Shown: piece by piece, positions 36,870-49,474 of the stretch
Position numbering within the stretch: position 1 is the first letter of the stretch
Layout of the letters: every line of letters starts with the position of its first letter
NCBI GenBank assembly: GCA_024704765.1
Contig: JAKMXF010000048.1
Location: forward strand, 1-50,933
Source of the DNA: Oopsacas minuta
Lineage: Eukaryota > Animalia > Porifera
Direction: 5' to 3'
DNA: 50,933 nucleotides
Position numbers and translations under genes: made by a program
The notes under the pieces: model-generated
What the model was told of the DNA's origin: nothing
Databases searched by the model: none
What the model saw: only the letters and a program-made list of their open reading frames with translations

Positions 36870-37506
36870 TTACAATTCAATACAAAATTTTCATTCTCTT
36901 TGCCTTCAAGATTCAATCAATTATTGATTCTGATAGAAATACGCTTTGATCAAACCAAATTCCTAATTTCCCCTTTTGTGTCAGACTAATAGCATTAGTA
37001 ACTCAAAAGGAAAACCAAAACAATACTAAATTCTTAATGGATTTTATTATCAATCCTGAAGTGACTAACATTGAAAAGGACGGACTAGAGCTACCATATG
37101 GTAATTTGAGAGTTAAAATTCTCCGTACAATGTTTGATGGTAAAATGTCTGCTATTCTGAGTGGAGTAGGGTTTGCCAGTTGCCAACTTTGTACTGCAAG
37201 TTTTGCAGAATTCAAAGATTTAGAACTTGTCCGATCAGGGTTTTCTATCAACAGGACGATAACTTCAGCAAAGAAATATTCTCTATTGTGGACACAGAAA
37301 ATTATTTATTACTACCTTCGAAAGATCGTTGTGGTTTAACACACGAACCGATATCTGAGATTGACATAATACCAGCATCTACACTACATACCTACACTTG
37401 TGTCCTTCGTTGGTTTATGCTTCTTATATACCACATGCGTTCAGATACATTTAAATGGTTGCCAACCTCTAGAGTGATAAAGGATTCAATGAAATTTACT
37501 CAGGAG
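36870..37506 (+). mobile_element. Second, diverged RAG1-like/Transib transposase remnant
   Basis: FILFAFKI..PNFPFCVRLIAL..INP..RTMFDGKM..ASCQLCTA..SGFSINR..LP...R.GLTHEP...IDII.AS.LH.Y.CV.RWFMLLIYH aligns collinearly with the 13840-15972 protein; broken frames. Confidence 0.85.
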
Positions 37507-39548
37507 CAGTGCCCGATTAACCATGAAGCATCTGAGACACAGGCCTCAGGGCCCCAGCCTCTAGGGGAACCAAGCCTCTAGGAGCCCACATATTTAATTT
37601 TCTATTGTGCATTAGAATTGTAAAAACGCAGTTTTTGTTTTGTTAATACCTTACTGTAAGTATTGAGTCATTTCCATTGTGTCAAAATTTTCATGTTGTG
37701 TATTTTTAATATTTCTAAACAATATTTTTTTGTGAAAGTTTGTGATTAGCTTTTAAAACAATAAATGCAGCGTACATATGAAGTGGGGCTGTAAAACGCA
37801 AGAATAAAGCGGAAAAGGCTAGAAAAGATGAAGAGCTCAGAAATAAACTTCCGTGCATAACATTTTTCATGAAAGAAAGGACAACAACAGAAGTTTCTGA
37901 ATCTATAGAATCTGCCGTTGCGCTTGCACCAGAAACAGTTGATAATGAGGGCATCGATATCTCTGATCAAAATGTCTCTGAAATGGTAACGAATGATCTA
38001 GTCATCACTTCACAGCCTTCACAAGTTGAAAGTACTGAAACTTCGCGTGTGAACATCGTTAACACATTCAGTAATGATGTAGGAATCTGGCCAGAAAAAC
38101 TACCTGAAAAACTTAAACATTACTGGTCCTGGAGAGGAAGCCAAGATTGCCAGTTTCTACAAAGAGGGTACACAAATTCTGTACCTCAATATGACAATAC
38201 AAAAATTAGGTACTGTACATAATTAATGTTCTACCGGAGTTGTATAAATGGTGAAGAAACTATGAGATCATGGCTTTGTTTCTCTCCTACTACAGGAAAG
38301 ATCTATCGTTTCACTTGCAAGTTATTTGGATATTCAAGGTTTGATAATGGCCTCTCCACCTCTGGTTTATATGACTGGAAAAATGCTGTTCGAACTATAT
38401 CATCACACGAAACTTCGCACTGTCATAAAATTCATTAGTATTACTTACGACCTGGGAAAAAAAAGGTAGGTCGTATTGACTATGAATTGGCTAAGCAAAT
38501 TGATGATGACATTAATTACTGGAAATCTATGCTACATCATGTTGTAAGCAGGGTTTCATCTAGATTTTCTGAACCATACGCCTAAAATCTTCGCCTTCAT
38601 ATTTACGCGCGCCTAGAGTACACATTTAGCATTACGGTATGGGGTCTTCCGCTAATTTTGGAGCGCCTAGGTCTATTTTTGCTGAAATTTATGCGCCTGT
38701 AGCCGCGTCGCATACGCCTGGATGAAGCCCTGGTTGTAAGTGTCATAATATTCCTTGCTGAGAGAGGATTAGCATTTTGGGGTGATAATGAAACTGTTGG
38801 TTCTTCCAAAAATGGTATTTTTCTCGAGATACTTGAATTACTGACTCTGTATGACCCATTTTTGTCAAACCACATTAAGATGTATGCAAACAAGGGAAAA
38901 GAACACACATCTTATCTGTCATCAACAATATGTGAGGAATGAATATCATTAATGAGTGAGAAATGATGAAAATTATTGTCGATGAAGTTCTTTCAGCAAG
39001 ATACTTTAGTCTTTCCGTTTAGCCAACTCCAGATATTAGCCACTGTAAACAACTAACAATAATTATTCGTTATGTGACTGGAAATAGTCCAGTTGAAAGA
39101 TTTCTAACTTTCCTTGATAACAGAGGTCATACTGGGCGTGGCTTAGCTGAAACAGTCTTGAAATACCTGAAAGACTTTGGAATCGAGATAGCAAACTTAT
39201 GACAACGCTTCAAACACGAGTGTTATATATAATGGCATGCAGACTGCAGTCCGTGAGGTAAGTCCTCATGCAGATTTTATATCGTGTTGTGCACAGTCTC
39301 TAAATTTTGTTGGTCAGTCTGCTATGAACTGTTGCACTGGAGAAATTACATATTTTGATTTTGTTCAGAAAATCTTTGTTTTTTCTCAGCTCCAGCAGCT
39401 AGATGGCAGAAACTTTCACGTGTGCTGAAAGAGCAGCATCTTGCTTAGTAAAGCGGCTGGTAGAAACACGTTGGTCTGCTCACTGTGAAGCTACCCATGC
39501 TGTGCTGTGTGGCTATGAATGTATATGGGATGAATTAACTAATTTTTG
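37507..39548 (+). mobile_element. Decayed hAT transposon (ZMYM1-like/DUF4371 type), 5' part
   Basis: Left end cagtgcccgattaacc; RSWLCFS..C.LF..DWKN....I.SHE.S..H; G.FLE.LELL..YDPFL..H; YFSLSV..TPDISH..QL..IIRYV..PVERFL; C.A.SLN.V; many stops. Confidence 0.8.
38549..38732. mobile_element. hAT-type MITE (184 bp) nested in the hAT transposase
   Basis: TIR caggg(t/c)ttcatc(t/c)ag; perfect 8-bp TSD GTTGTAAG (38541-38548, 38733-38740); internal gcgcct repeats. Confidence 0.92.
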
Positions 39549-40081
39549 TGTACACTTTTGGATGTAGATCCAGCTCCCTGGGACACAGAACATGGAAAAT
39601 ATTATTACAGACTTTGGAGAGGAATTATAATATGTTTTTCCTTCTAATTAGCTTACACGTTACTTTTATAGGAAACTTAAACCTGAAATTCCATATTTGT
39701 ATTTTCAAATTCCATAAATATTCCTTAAGAATTTCTTATTAAAGTTATTCAATGCTGACATTATTAATATTTTGCTTAGAAGTTTTGGTGACCATATTGA
39801 TGATAATCCATAGCTGTTAAACCTGGGTGAAATACACAGGATCTCATAATGTATATTCCATAGAATGTGCTAATATTACTCTATAGAGGTACTGCTGTCT
39901 TAGATATACACGAGTTATAATTGAATTTAACCAATTCATTCAATGACATATTATTCCCACTAACACCTAGCTCAGCTCTGATCCTTTGTATAACTTCTAA
40001 CACACCATTTGTAGCTTAATACTCTCCTTCTGATTGTTAACACAATTAGTAGGTACGAAGGCTTGGTGCAGTTCTTCTAGG

Positions 40082-40112
40082 AGTTATCTAGTTATCTAGT
40101 TATCTAGTTATT
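40082..40112. repeat. 8-bp tandem repeat (agttatct)n
   Basis: agttatct x3 + agttatt. Confidence 0.8.
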
Positions 40113-40277
40113 TCTTTGTCATTTCGTTTTGCCTCATCTTAGCTAATTTCTCAGTCAATTTTTAATTTTGTGGAATAATTATTTAATCACAGATTCGTAG
40201 CACCGAAATTATTAATATAAAAAGAGCGAAATATGATAATTTAATTACAAACAAATATGTAAATAACAACAATTGGA

Positions 40278-41443
40278 TTAATATACATTTATTACATTAT
40301 CATTACTAGCACAAATAATATCAAAGTTATTATTAACAACTATTCCCTTAGGAGAATGAAATTTAATTTTGTGTATCAGCTGTTCATCTAAGGTAAATAT
40401 TTTAATTGAATTTCCCTTATTATCGCTAATTATAATATTATTATACAAATCAAAACACAGAAAAATACTTCTTTCTCCATTTTCCAATTTTATGAAACTT
40501 TTCAACAAATCACCTGATTTAGAGAATATGTGTATATTATTAATCTTATTATTGTCTGCTACAAATATATTATTATTATTTATTTTGACGTCATGCGGGT
40601 ATATGCGTTTGTCTTTTCCTATTTCTCTAATAAATTCTAAATCAGAGCTGAATACTGCAATTCTATTATTAATATAATCTGCAACTAACACTTCTCCATT
40701 TGTGTCAGTTGTTAGACCAAGAGGGATATACACAACACCTTCCTTAGCACTCATAATTAATTTGTAATTTGTTTTAGAGAATTTAAATATAGCATTAAGT
40801 CCCCAATCACTTATAAACACCCATTCGTTATGTAATGCTATACCGTATGGATAATTTAGCTGCCCTTCACCAAATTCATGAATGAACTTACCCTCTGTAG
40901 AGAAGATCTGTATTCTTTTATTGTTTTCATCTGCTATATAGATCTTATCTCCATCTAGAGCTAGTCCATAAGAGACATGCAGATCTCCTTTCTCAGTGCC
41001 ATATTTTGCTATCCTTCTTATGGGCTCTGTCTTTTTTTGTAGGTTACAACCATATCCTGAATAGACCCCAACTTTTCCAGCTGTTCTATGAGAGAGTCTA
41101 GACCCTCAGGGTAGAAGGAAGGAAATGGGATAGGTGTTTGCTCACTGTATTTTATCTTTTCTTCTTCTAAGTTATTTAGTTGCCTCTCTTGGACTTTGAG
41201 GATTGTATTTTGCTGAATGCTAGTTTCCATTAATTGTTTGATCATCTTCTCCAGGTCTGCAAATTGTTTCTATCATGTATTCTCCTTTCTCAGATAGTCC
41301 TGCTTCAGGTCAAACAGCTGGACAAGCAGCTGATCTCGCCTCTCTGTCGCAATCTTAATAACCTTTTCGAAGGTGGAATAGATCAGCTGTTCCGCTTGTT
41401 CGAATTGGTTAGTAGGAATTTCTTGTGCGTATTTGGTTACCAT
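40278..41443 (-). pseudogene. Coiled-coil + NHL family B copy 1, with stops and a frameshift
   Basis: MVTKYAQEIPTNQFEQAEQLI..; TGATAG near 41290; frameshift in the T-run near 41033; NHL blades to 40278. Confidence 0.8.
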
Positions 41444-42072
41444 TTGTTTGTTGTTTTGTTTATGATTATTCTCATTTACAGACTGTATTTATACAAGTTC
41501 ATATAGGAATTATTCAGGTGTCAAGTGGTGAAATAGAAAGGTACAACTAATCACATTTCCTTGAACTCTATCACGAGACTATTGTCTCACAGAATTACGG
41601 ATGTGTCAGGTCAGATAGCTTTCAACATGCAAATTAATTCCAGTTATAACTAGCCACATTCCTTGTATAGAATTAGTTGCTATGTTGCATTAGCTATCAG
41701 TTCAATTTGTGTAGAAATCTATAATTAGTATAACTTAACTATTCTTATGGAAATTACTCAATGCAATCCATGAATTTGCCATATTTGATATTTTGTATCT
41801 AAGGTGTGATAATTTGTTCTGAGACACAATTTTTTGTGAAGAAGTTATTCTGAACTTCATTTTTGCAATTTTGAGTATATAAAACAGATTTACAGTTTTC
41901 AAGATATAACCATTCAAAGTGGTTGAGCCACCAATAATTGGGCAGAATAATATTAATCACAGATTTCCTATTTGAATGAGTATAAATTGAATAAATATGT
42001 ACAAACAAACACAAATAAATATATATTTACAAACAAGAATATATAAACATGCAAACAAATAAACAAATATTC

Positions 42073-42091
42073 CTGTCTCTTATACACATCT
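42073..42091 (+). other. Nextera/Tn5 mosaic-end adapter remnant (assembly artefact)
   Basis: Exact CTGTCTCTTATACACATCT next to the single n at 42113. Confidence 0.95.
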
Positions 42092-42113
42092 TTGATCAAA
42101 CCAAATTCCTAAN

Positions 42114-43086
42114 GATCTCTCCCATTTTCTAGTTTCATGAAGCTTTTCAACAAATCACCTGATTTAGAGAATATGTGTATATAATTAATCTCATTATTGT
42201 CAACAACAAATATCTTATTATTATTTATTTTGACGTCATGCGGATATCTGAGTTTATCATTTCCTATTTCTCTAATAAATTCTAAATCAGAGCTGAATAC
42301 TGCAATTCTATTATAATACCAATCTGCAACTAACACTTCTCCATTTATGTCAGTTGTTAGACCACGAGGGTCATACACATCTTCCTTAACACTCTTAATG
42401 AATTTGTAATCTTTTCTAGAGAATTTGAAAACAACATGAAGCCCCAAATCACTTATAAACACCCATTTGTTATTTAATGCTATACCGTATGGATAATTTA
42501 GTTGCCCCTTACCAAATTCATGAATGAACTTACCCTCTGTGGAGAAGATCTTTATTCGATTATTCTTTGTATCTGCTATGTAGATCTTATCTCCATCTAG
42601 AGCTAGTCCAAGAGGGTAATACAGCTCTCCTTTCTTACTGCCCTTATCTCCAATCTTTCTGATGGGCTTTGTCTTGTTTCTGTATGGTACAGTTATTACA
42701 TGAATAGTCCCCAACTTCCCCAGCTGTTTTAGGAGAGATTCTAGACCCTCAGTATTGAGGGAAGGGATTGGAATGGGTGTTTCATTTTCGTATTTGCGTA
42801 TTTCATCTCTTGTTTGCCTCATCTGTTCTTCTTGTAACTTTACTACTTCGTTCTGTTGGATAGAAATCTCATTGAAGTGTCTGATCATGTTCTCCAGGTC
42901 TGCTAATTGTTTCTTTCTTGTAGCCTCCTTTCTCAGATAGTCTTGTTTGATATCGAACAGCTGAACAAGCAGCTGATCTCTCCTCTCTGTTACAATCCTA
43001 ATTATCCTCTCGAACGTGGAATGGATCAGTTGTTCCGCTTGTTCGAAATGGTTGGTAAGAATTTCTTCTGGGTATTTGGTGGCCAT
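42114..43086 (-). CDS. Coiled-coil + NHL family B copy 2, 3' end cut by a contig join
   Basis: Open frame MATKYPEEILTNHFEQ..coiled coil..NHL blades up to the n at 42113. Confidence 0.8.
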
Positions 43087-43688
43087 TTGTTTGTTGTTCT
43101 GTTTATGTATATTCTCATTAATAGACTGTATTTATACAAGTTTGTAGGTTAATTATTCAGGTGAAATAGGAAGTTATAAGTAATCACATTTCCTTGAACT
43201 CTACAACGACACTGTTCTCTAATAGAATTACGGATGTGTTGGGTAAGATAGCTTTCAATATGTAAATTAGTTCCAGTTATAACTACCCACAGTCTTTGTA
43301 TAGAATTAGTTGCTATGCTATATTAGCTATCAGTTTCAATTTGTGATTCTAATCATTTCTTGTATATTCTTCCTTTAAATATATGCGTGAAAAGTATCAA
43401 AATTTTGAGTTTTACATATTTTCTTACGTCAGAATGTCTGTTGATAACAAGTTTCGAAATATTTACATTTATCAAAGGTGTTAAAATATGATTAATCATA
43501 ATATTTTCAATAACCAATAAGTAATTGTTGTATGTAATATCTCTATTTTGCAATACGAATTGCTGAAGGCAGAAGTTCTTGTACTTAAGAGGCTTTCTCA
43601 ATGAAATATAGTCAAATACCTCTACTTGTGTCTGGACAACATGATAGTAAATCTATTCATGGAGTTTGTAGCTCTGACTGCTTAAAAC

Positions 43689-43864
43689 NNNNNNNNNNNN
43701 NNNNNNNNNNNNNNNNNNNNNNNNNNNNNNNNNNNNNNNNNNNNNNNNNNNNNNNNNNNNNNNNNNNNNNNNNNNNNNNNNNNNNNNNNNNNNNNNNNNN
43801 NNNNNNNNNNNNNNNNNNNNNNNNNNNNNNNNNNNNNNNNNNNNNNNNNNNNNNNNNNNNNNNN
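43689..43864. other. Assembly gap (N run); single-n joins also at 36330, 42113 and 47623
   Basis: n characters in the sequence. Confidence 1.
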
Positions 43865-44091
43865 GGAATGGCTTACATACCCTGCATCTTTTACATTGAC
43901 AGAAACAACAGAAACTGCATTGTATCTGGAAAATTTAGCTGAACACTTCAACGTAGTCATTAATATACAATGATACTAGAAACATAGACAATATTTTCCT
44001 ATCTGTTCATTAGTACCATAGATTCATTATTGTATTAGCAGATGATTTAAAAGAACTATTAATCACTATAATCTCATTGGAAATATTTACA

Positions 44092-44255
44092 CAGGGTATA
44101 AACTAGGCTAGGCTAGTTTATACCCAGGGGGTTAATCTAGGCTAGGCTAGTTTATACCCTGGGGGTTAATCTAGGCTCAGAAGGTATAATCTGGGCTAGC
44201 CCAGATTATACCCGGGTATATTCTGGCGGGAGGTTAATCTAGGCTGCTACACCGG
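44092..44255 (+). repeat. Dispersed repeat with ~34-bp internal tandem units and hairpins (taatctaggct family)
   Basis: ttaatctaggctaggctagtttataccc units at 44132 and 44166; ends taatctaggctgctacaccgg; inverted copy at 50837-50933. Confidence 0.8.
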
Positions 44256-44732
44256 TTTCCCAGATCCTCAGACTACCACTGCCATTATATAATAAGATTT
44301 TTTCCCGGATTTGTTCTCGGTTTGGAATTTATGTGTAGATAACTTAGCCACTTTTGTTCTAAACCCTTCGTGATATTCATCCTAGGGTAACACATATCCG
44401 TAGAACTCAAAAGGGATTCAGAATTCGTCTCTCTCAATTAACTTTTCTGCTATACACAATTTTAGAATTTTAATGCTCGTTATTTATATAATTTGCTAGA
44501 TGAGCGTAGAAAGTTGATGACGAGAAAAATTTTCATATATTTAGCTTGAAGGAGTCCAACTGGCCTGATCAAATATGTTTCTCTAGTATAATATCAAATA
44601 CAAATGCAATTGTACATATTATTGAATGTATGAGTAATTCGAATTTTAGTCTTATTGAAATCCTTATGTCCGGTATGTACGGAGTATATCGATTGATTAC
44701 ATTGTCACTGAGATTTGTAAGGTTTAGCAGTC

Positions 44733-46872
44733 ATGTTTCCAAGGAGGAAATATTCAAAAATACCATATATTGATACATTTTATGAAACTCCAGAACCTTT
44801 GACTCCAGAGCCGATGACCCCAGAACCTCTGCCCCCCGAGCCTATGACTATATCTCTCCTAGACTATGACGTCAGGAGAATAAGACATTTTCTCGTTAAG
44901 AAGGATTATCTCTTTAATGTGCTGCTTGAGATTCTCCCTAACAGGAGCTATGAACAGCGTACTAAGTTCATTAAGAGATATCGTGAGTTATTTAACAGGA
45001 ATTTGCTTGAAGATCTCTTCAAACAATCTAAGCCACACAACTATTACTTCGCTGTACGAGCAATGCTAGACTTGTATCGTGTGACTAGACTACACTCGCT
45101 ATTCATCGCGATGGAAGGGAAGGCAACTGGACGGTTCCTCTCCTTTGAAGGTGTTGGGACAGATGATGAGGCTCTTGCTGAGATATTATTCATGGCCATT
45201 AACGGGCAGATTCATTTCTGTAGGAATGATTGGAGTGCATACTACCGTACATATGAATTAGAACCTCAACTAGTAGGCAAGACCAGCGGTAACTTCGCTC
45301 ACCTCCTGGCATCTCTGTCCAAGGGGGATCGTGATGAAACAGGGATTATAGACATGAAACAGGTTGAAGTTGATGTCACTGAAATCTACGAGACGGATAA
45401 GAATAGAACCAACAATCTTATACATGTGTTTGTAAGAGGAGTTATGAGCATTTAAGGTTAATAGTAGAAGAATTCCAAAGGCAGTACGGATTGGATTTAG
45501 GTATATTCATAGCTAACTCATACAAATCCATATCTGGTCAAATAATAGGGGATGATTTCATTAACGCTTTGAAGATATTCGTCCATGCAGTAAGAGATGA
45601 AGTAAAATTCTATGCTCAGCGTCTCTACCAATCTATTGCGTTCCTAACTCACGGATCTATCAAGGACCTGCCAATTGATATCGTCAGCAGCAGACAGACA
45701 ATTGTGCGTATTATTGTCATGAAAGGAGAGTTTGGGTTAAGCGAAATAAAAGATGCGTATCTTGCGTTGTCCGGTATTCACCTAGAAGTAGAGGTAGTTG
45801 AATGCTTCAAGGAATCCAAGTTCACAGCTCTTCGGCAACTCTTGTTTGCTTTCATGGCAGAGACAGAGGACACCCTCTTGCCAGAGGTCCACCAGATACA
45901 CGACGCTGTGTTAAGGAAGGGGAAAGCTAATAATATCCTGTTCTCAATCCTATCAAGTTGTAGCTACGATAATAGATTAAAGACAGTACGTCAATACGTT
46001 GTACACTATCAAGTTAATCTGATAACAAAGATAGAAGAGTTTATGAAACCAGGCGAACAGCTGTTCACTATTCGAGCCCTGCTTGAGAGCTATGAGAGAA
46101 CAAGTCTCCGGTCTATATGGGTATCAATGGAGGGAAAGAGAGTAAAGATAGCTAAGGAAGCAGTTGAAATCGACGACTCTTCTCTTGTAGATATTATGTT
46201 CTTAGCAACCAATAGTGAGATTAGTTATTTCCACGAATATTATCCCCGATTCACTGGTCACAATTTGGTTGAACAAGTCAAAAAGGCTACTAGCAGTAAG
46301 GGTAAGTTAACGAATCTGGTTCTTAGATTGTTGGAGGGGAAGCGATGGGAAGAGTCTCACTCGGATAATAACCTCCTCAAACATGACTTGTCTACTCTAC
46401 GTCAGTTAATTAACGGAGAGCGAGCTGAAGATGATATAATTGAATTATTCTCATTGCGATCTAGGGAGCATCTCAAAGTGTTGTTCAATGACTTTGAAGA
46501 ACTCTATGAAACCAAAGTTGTTGAACATCTGACCGCTACTTTCAATGCTCAGGAACAAGCGAGCATTCTCTCTGCCCTCCAACGGTGTGTGAAAGCTATC
46601 CAGAACAGGAATATGTACTATGCTCTACGTCTACAAAACTGTCTCGATTTCGTGCAGGAGAAAATGGAAATACTCCTGATTCGCTCTCTCGCAAGCAGAC
46701 TATAATGAGGATATTACTCACACATGTTGAGACGGATCTTCGTAACATAATGGAATGCTTCGCTGGTGCTTCAAAAGAAAAACTTAGTTTAGAACAATCT
46801 ATACAGAGAGTAATCAAGGAGAACGAGCTAGTGATGGTTATGACCAACCTTATGGATACTGATAACTGGTAG
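44733..46872 (+). pseudogene. Intronless double-core (8-repeat) annexin-like gene with two frameshifts (~45435, ~46680)
   Basis: LEILPNRSYEQR, EGVGTDDEALAEILF, KTSGNFAHLLASL..G.RDE, RSYEHLR..EEFQ..YG, TIVRIIV; second core IDDSSLVDIMF, FSLRSREHLK..F..Y, TIMRILLTHVETDL..I..F; N-terminal PEP(L/M)T repeats. Confidence 0.75.
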
Positions 46873-47040
46873 GAGTATTTCTATGACTAATTTCTATAAC
46901 CGTTTGTGTTTCTAACTATTCTTTGTTCCCTTTTCCCTGTTTTCATATTTATAGCCTATGGTAATTACATAATCTTTAGTTTAATTTCAAGAAGTTATAT
47001 ATTATTGATAATTTTGTGAGTTCAGCTATTCCTACCAAAT

Positions 47041-47435
47041 ATGGAGTCCTGTGTAATCTGCTTGGATAGCAGTGAGTTTATGCGAAACAGATTTCATTCC
47101 TTCCCGTCTCAGTGCTCAGGGGGAAGCAGTTAAAACATGATATGTCAGTCCAAACGTAACAAGAATGCTGAGAACTGCCTAGCTCTCCTGAGTCTGACGT
47201 AATCTCAAATGCTGGTTACTCTAACCAGGGGTGTTACAAAGATAATGACAACTATCCGTAAGCTACAGCCTAAAGGGAAAATTGAGTTGGGCAAGGAACT
47301 ACAAGTAGCTCATCTGTGTTTGAAACACAGACAAGGAGAGATCATGCTATCAAGATAATAGTGTTTGTGTGTAGTCCTGTTATAGACGAGGAAGGTGATC
47401 TGGTAACACTGGGCAAGAGACTTAGGAAAGAGAAC
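47041..47435 (+). pseudogene. PSMD4: Rpn10/PSMD4 vWA-domain 5' fragment
   Basis: Manual translation across indels: MESCVICLDSSEFMRN.DFIPSRLSAQGEAV..ICQSKRNKNAEN..LQPKGKI..LQVAHLCLKHRQG..IKIIVFVCSPVIDEEGDLVTLGKRLRKEN, matching the PSMD4 N-terminus. Confidence 0.88.
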
Positions 47436-48434
47436 TTTTCATTTAACCAATCTGTCCATTTCCTTAGATAACTTTAGAACTACAAGAGCAAATACAAGGT
47501 ATATACAAGATATCTGATCAGCACTGGCAAGAGATTCAAGAGTCCAAACAAACTACTTCAGAAGATACAGCGGTTACGAACAGTCAGTAATACAACTCTA
47601 ACTACATCCCAGTAGTGAAGTTNGAGCCTATCACTGGAATTTATTCCCTCAAAACAATCCATTTTACAATGAAACTTTTGTTGTATTTTAGCTTTGTTCT
47701 TAATGATTATTGCATTAATTATGATTAATCATATTTTGACAATTTGATAATGTAAATATTGCAGGGCTGTAGGAAGCAAAAGAACATTGGTGCGGCGAAA
47801 AGTACACAGAGCGAGCATAACGAGCAAACAAAAGTGAGGTGTTGTGTGGTCTTTCCTTCTAGGAAATTTTGACCCTTACACACACTTAGTCGGGAGTTTA
47901 GATGCTATTTTATGTATTGTAAACACATTCTATTAGAACATTTGTGTTATAAGATTAGTGAATATACATATATTTTGAAGGTTTACTATTCTACATCTTA
48001 TCTAACATTTTCTTATCTCCAATGTCACACCCTACAGCTCCTGCTCCTACCGCCCTGTATTGTATAACGAATGAAAATATATAAAATCTCGAATTTGTCT
48101 CAGTAAATTTTCATAATTTTGACGACAAAACTTCGAGGAAGAATTATACAAGAAATGATTAGAATAACAAATTGAAACTGATAGCTAATACAGCATAGCA
48201 ACTAATTCTATAAAAGGAATGTGTGTGGTTATAACTGGAACTAATTCACATGTTGAAAGCTATTTGACCTAACACAACCGTAATTCTGTGAGACAATAGT
48301 CTCGTGGTAGAGTTCAAGGAAATGTGACTAGTTGTAGCTTTCTATTTCACCACTTCACACCTGAATAATTTACCCACAAACTTGCATAAATACAGTCTGT
48401 AAATGAGAATAATCATAAACAGAACAACAAACAA

Positions 48435-49216
48435 ATGGTAACCAAATATCCAGATGCAAATCCTACTAATCAATTCCAACAAGTGGAACAGCAGATCCAT
48501 TCCACCTTCGAAGAGATCATTAAAGTAGCGACTAAGAGGAGAGATCAGCTGCTTGTCCAGCTGTTCGATATGAAACATGCTATCTAAGAAAGGAGAATAC
48601 AAGAAAGAAACAGGTAGCAGACCTGGATAAGATGATCAGACACTTCAATAAGATTTCTATTCAACAGAACGAAGTAGTAAAGTTTCAAGAAGAACAGATA
48701 AGGCAAACAAGAGCTGAAATACAGAAATACGAAAATGAAACACCTATCCCAATTCCTTCCCTCAATACTGAGGGCCTAGACTCTCTCATAGAACAGCTGG
48801 ACAACTTGGGGTCTATTCAGGATACAGTTGTACCCTACAGAAACGAGACAAAGCCCATCAGAAAGATAGGAAAACCTGGAAATGAGAAAGGAGAGCTGTA
48901 TTGGCCTACCAGACTAGCTCTAGATGGAGATAAGATCTATATAGCAGATGTAAACAATAATAGAATACAGATCTTCTCTACAGAGGGTAATTTCATTCAT
49001 GAATTTGGTAAGGGGCAGCTATATTCTCCATACGGTATAGCATTACATAACGAATGGGTGTTTATACTTGATAGGGTACTTAATGCTAATGCTATATTTA
49101 AATTCTCTATTACAAACTACAAATTAATTCGGAGTGTTAAGGAAGGTGTTAGTTCTCCTTTTGGTCTAATACCTGACACCAACGGAGAAGTGTCAGTTGC
49201 AGATTATAATAATCAT
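48435..49216 (+). pseudogene. Coiled-coil + NHL family B copy 3, frameshifted and 3'-truncated by fusion to an Erv1 fragment
   Basis: MVTKYPDANPTNQFQQVEQQI..; frameshift near 48575; homology ends at VADYNNHR. Confidence 0.8.
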
Positions 49217-49217
49217 A

Positions 49218-49463
49218 GAGCTCGGACAATCCACTTCGAATTTTCTTCACAAGATGGGAGTATACTACCCTGATGAACCGTCCCAGCCACAGCAGGAAGA
49301 TATGCTATCATTTCTACACACATTTTCCTATGTGTTTCCTTGTGAAGAGTGTGCAGAATATTTCAGAGATTGGATGAGTACTCATCCTCCTGTCACCACC
49401 TCTTCTCTAACACTGAGTTTATGGTTGTGTAGAGCTCATAATGTAGTTAACGCTAGACTAGGT
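49218..49463 (+). pseudogene. GFER: Erv1/ALR sulfhydryl oxidase core fragment
   Basis: ELGQSTSNFLHKMGVYYPDEP...FPCEECAEYFR..WLCRAHNVVNARLG (CxxC and HNxVN motifs). Confidence 0.88.
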
Positions 49464-49474
49464 GTGATAAAGAA

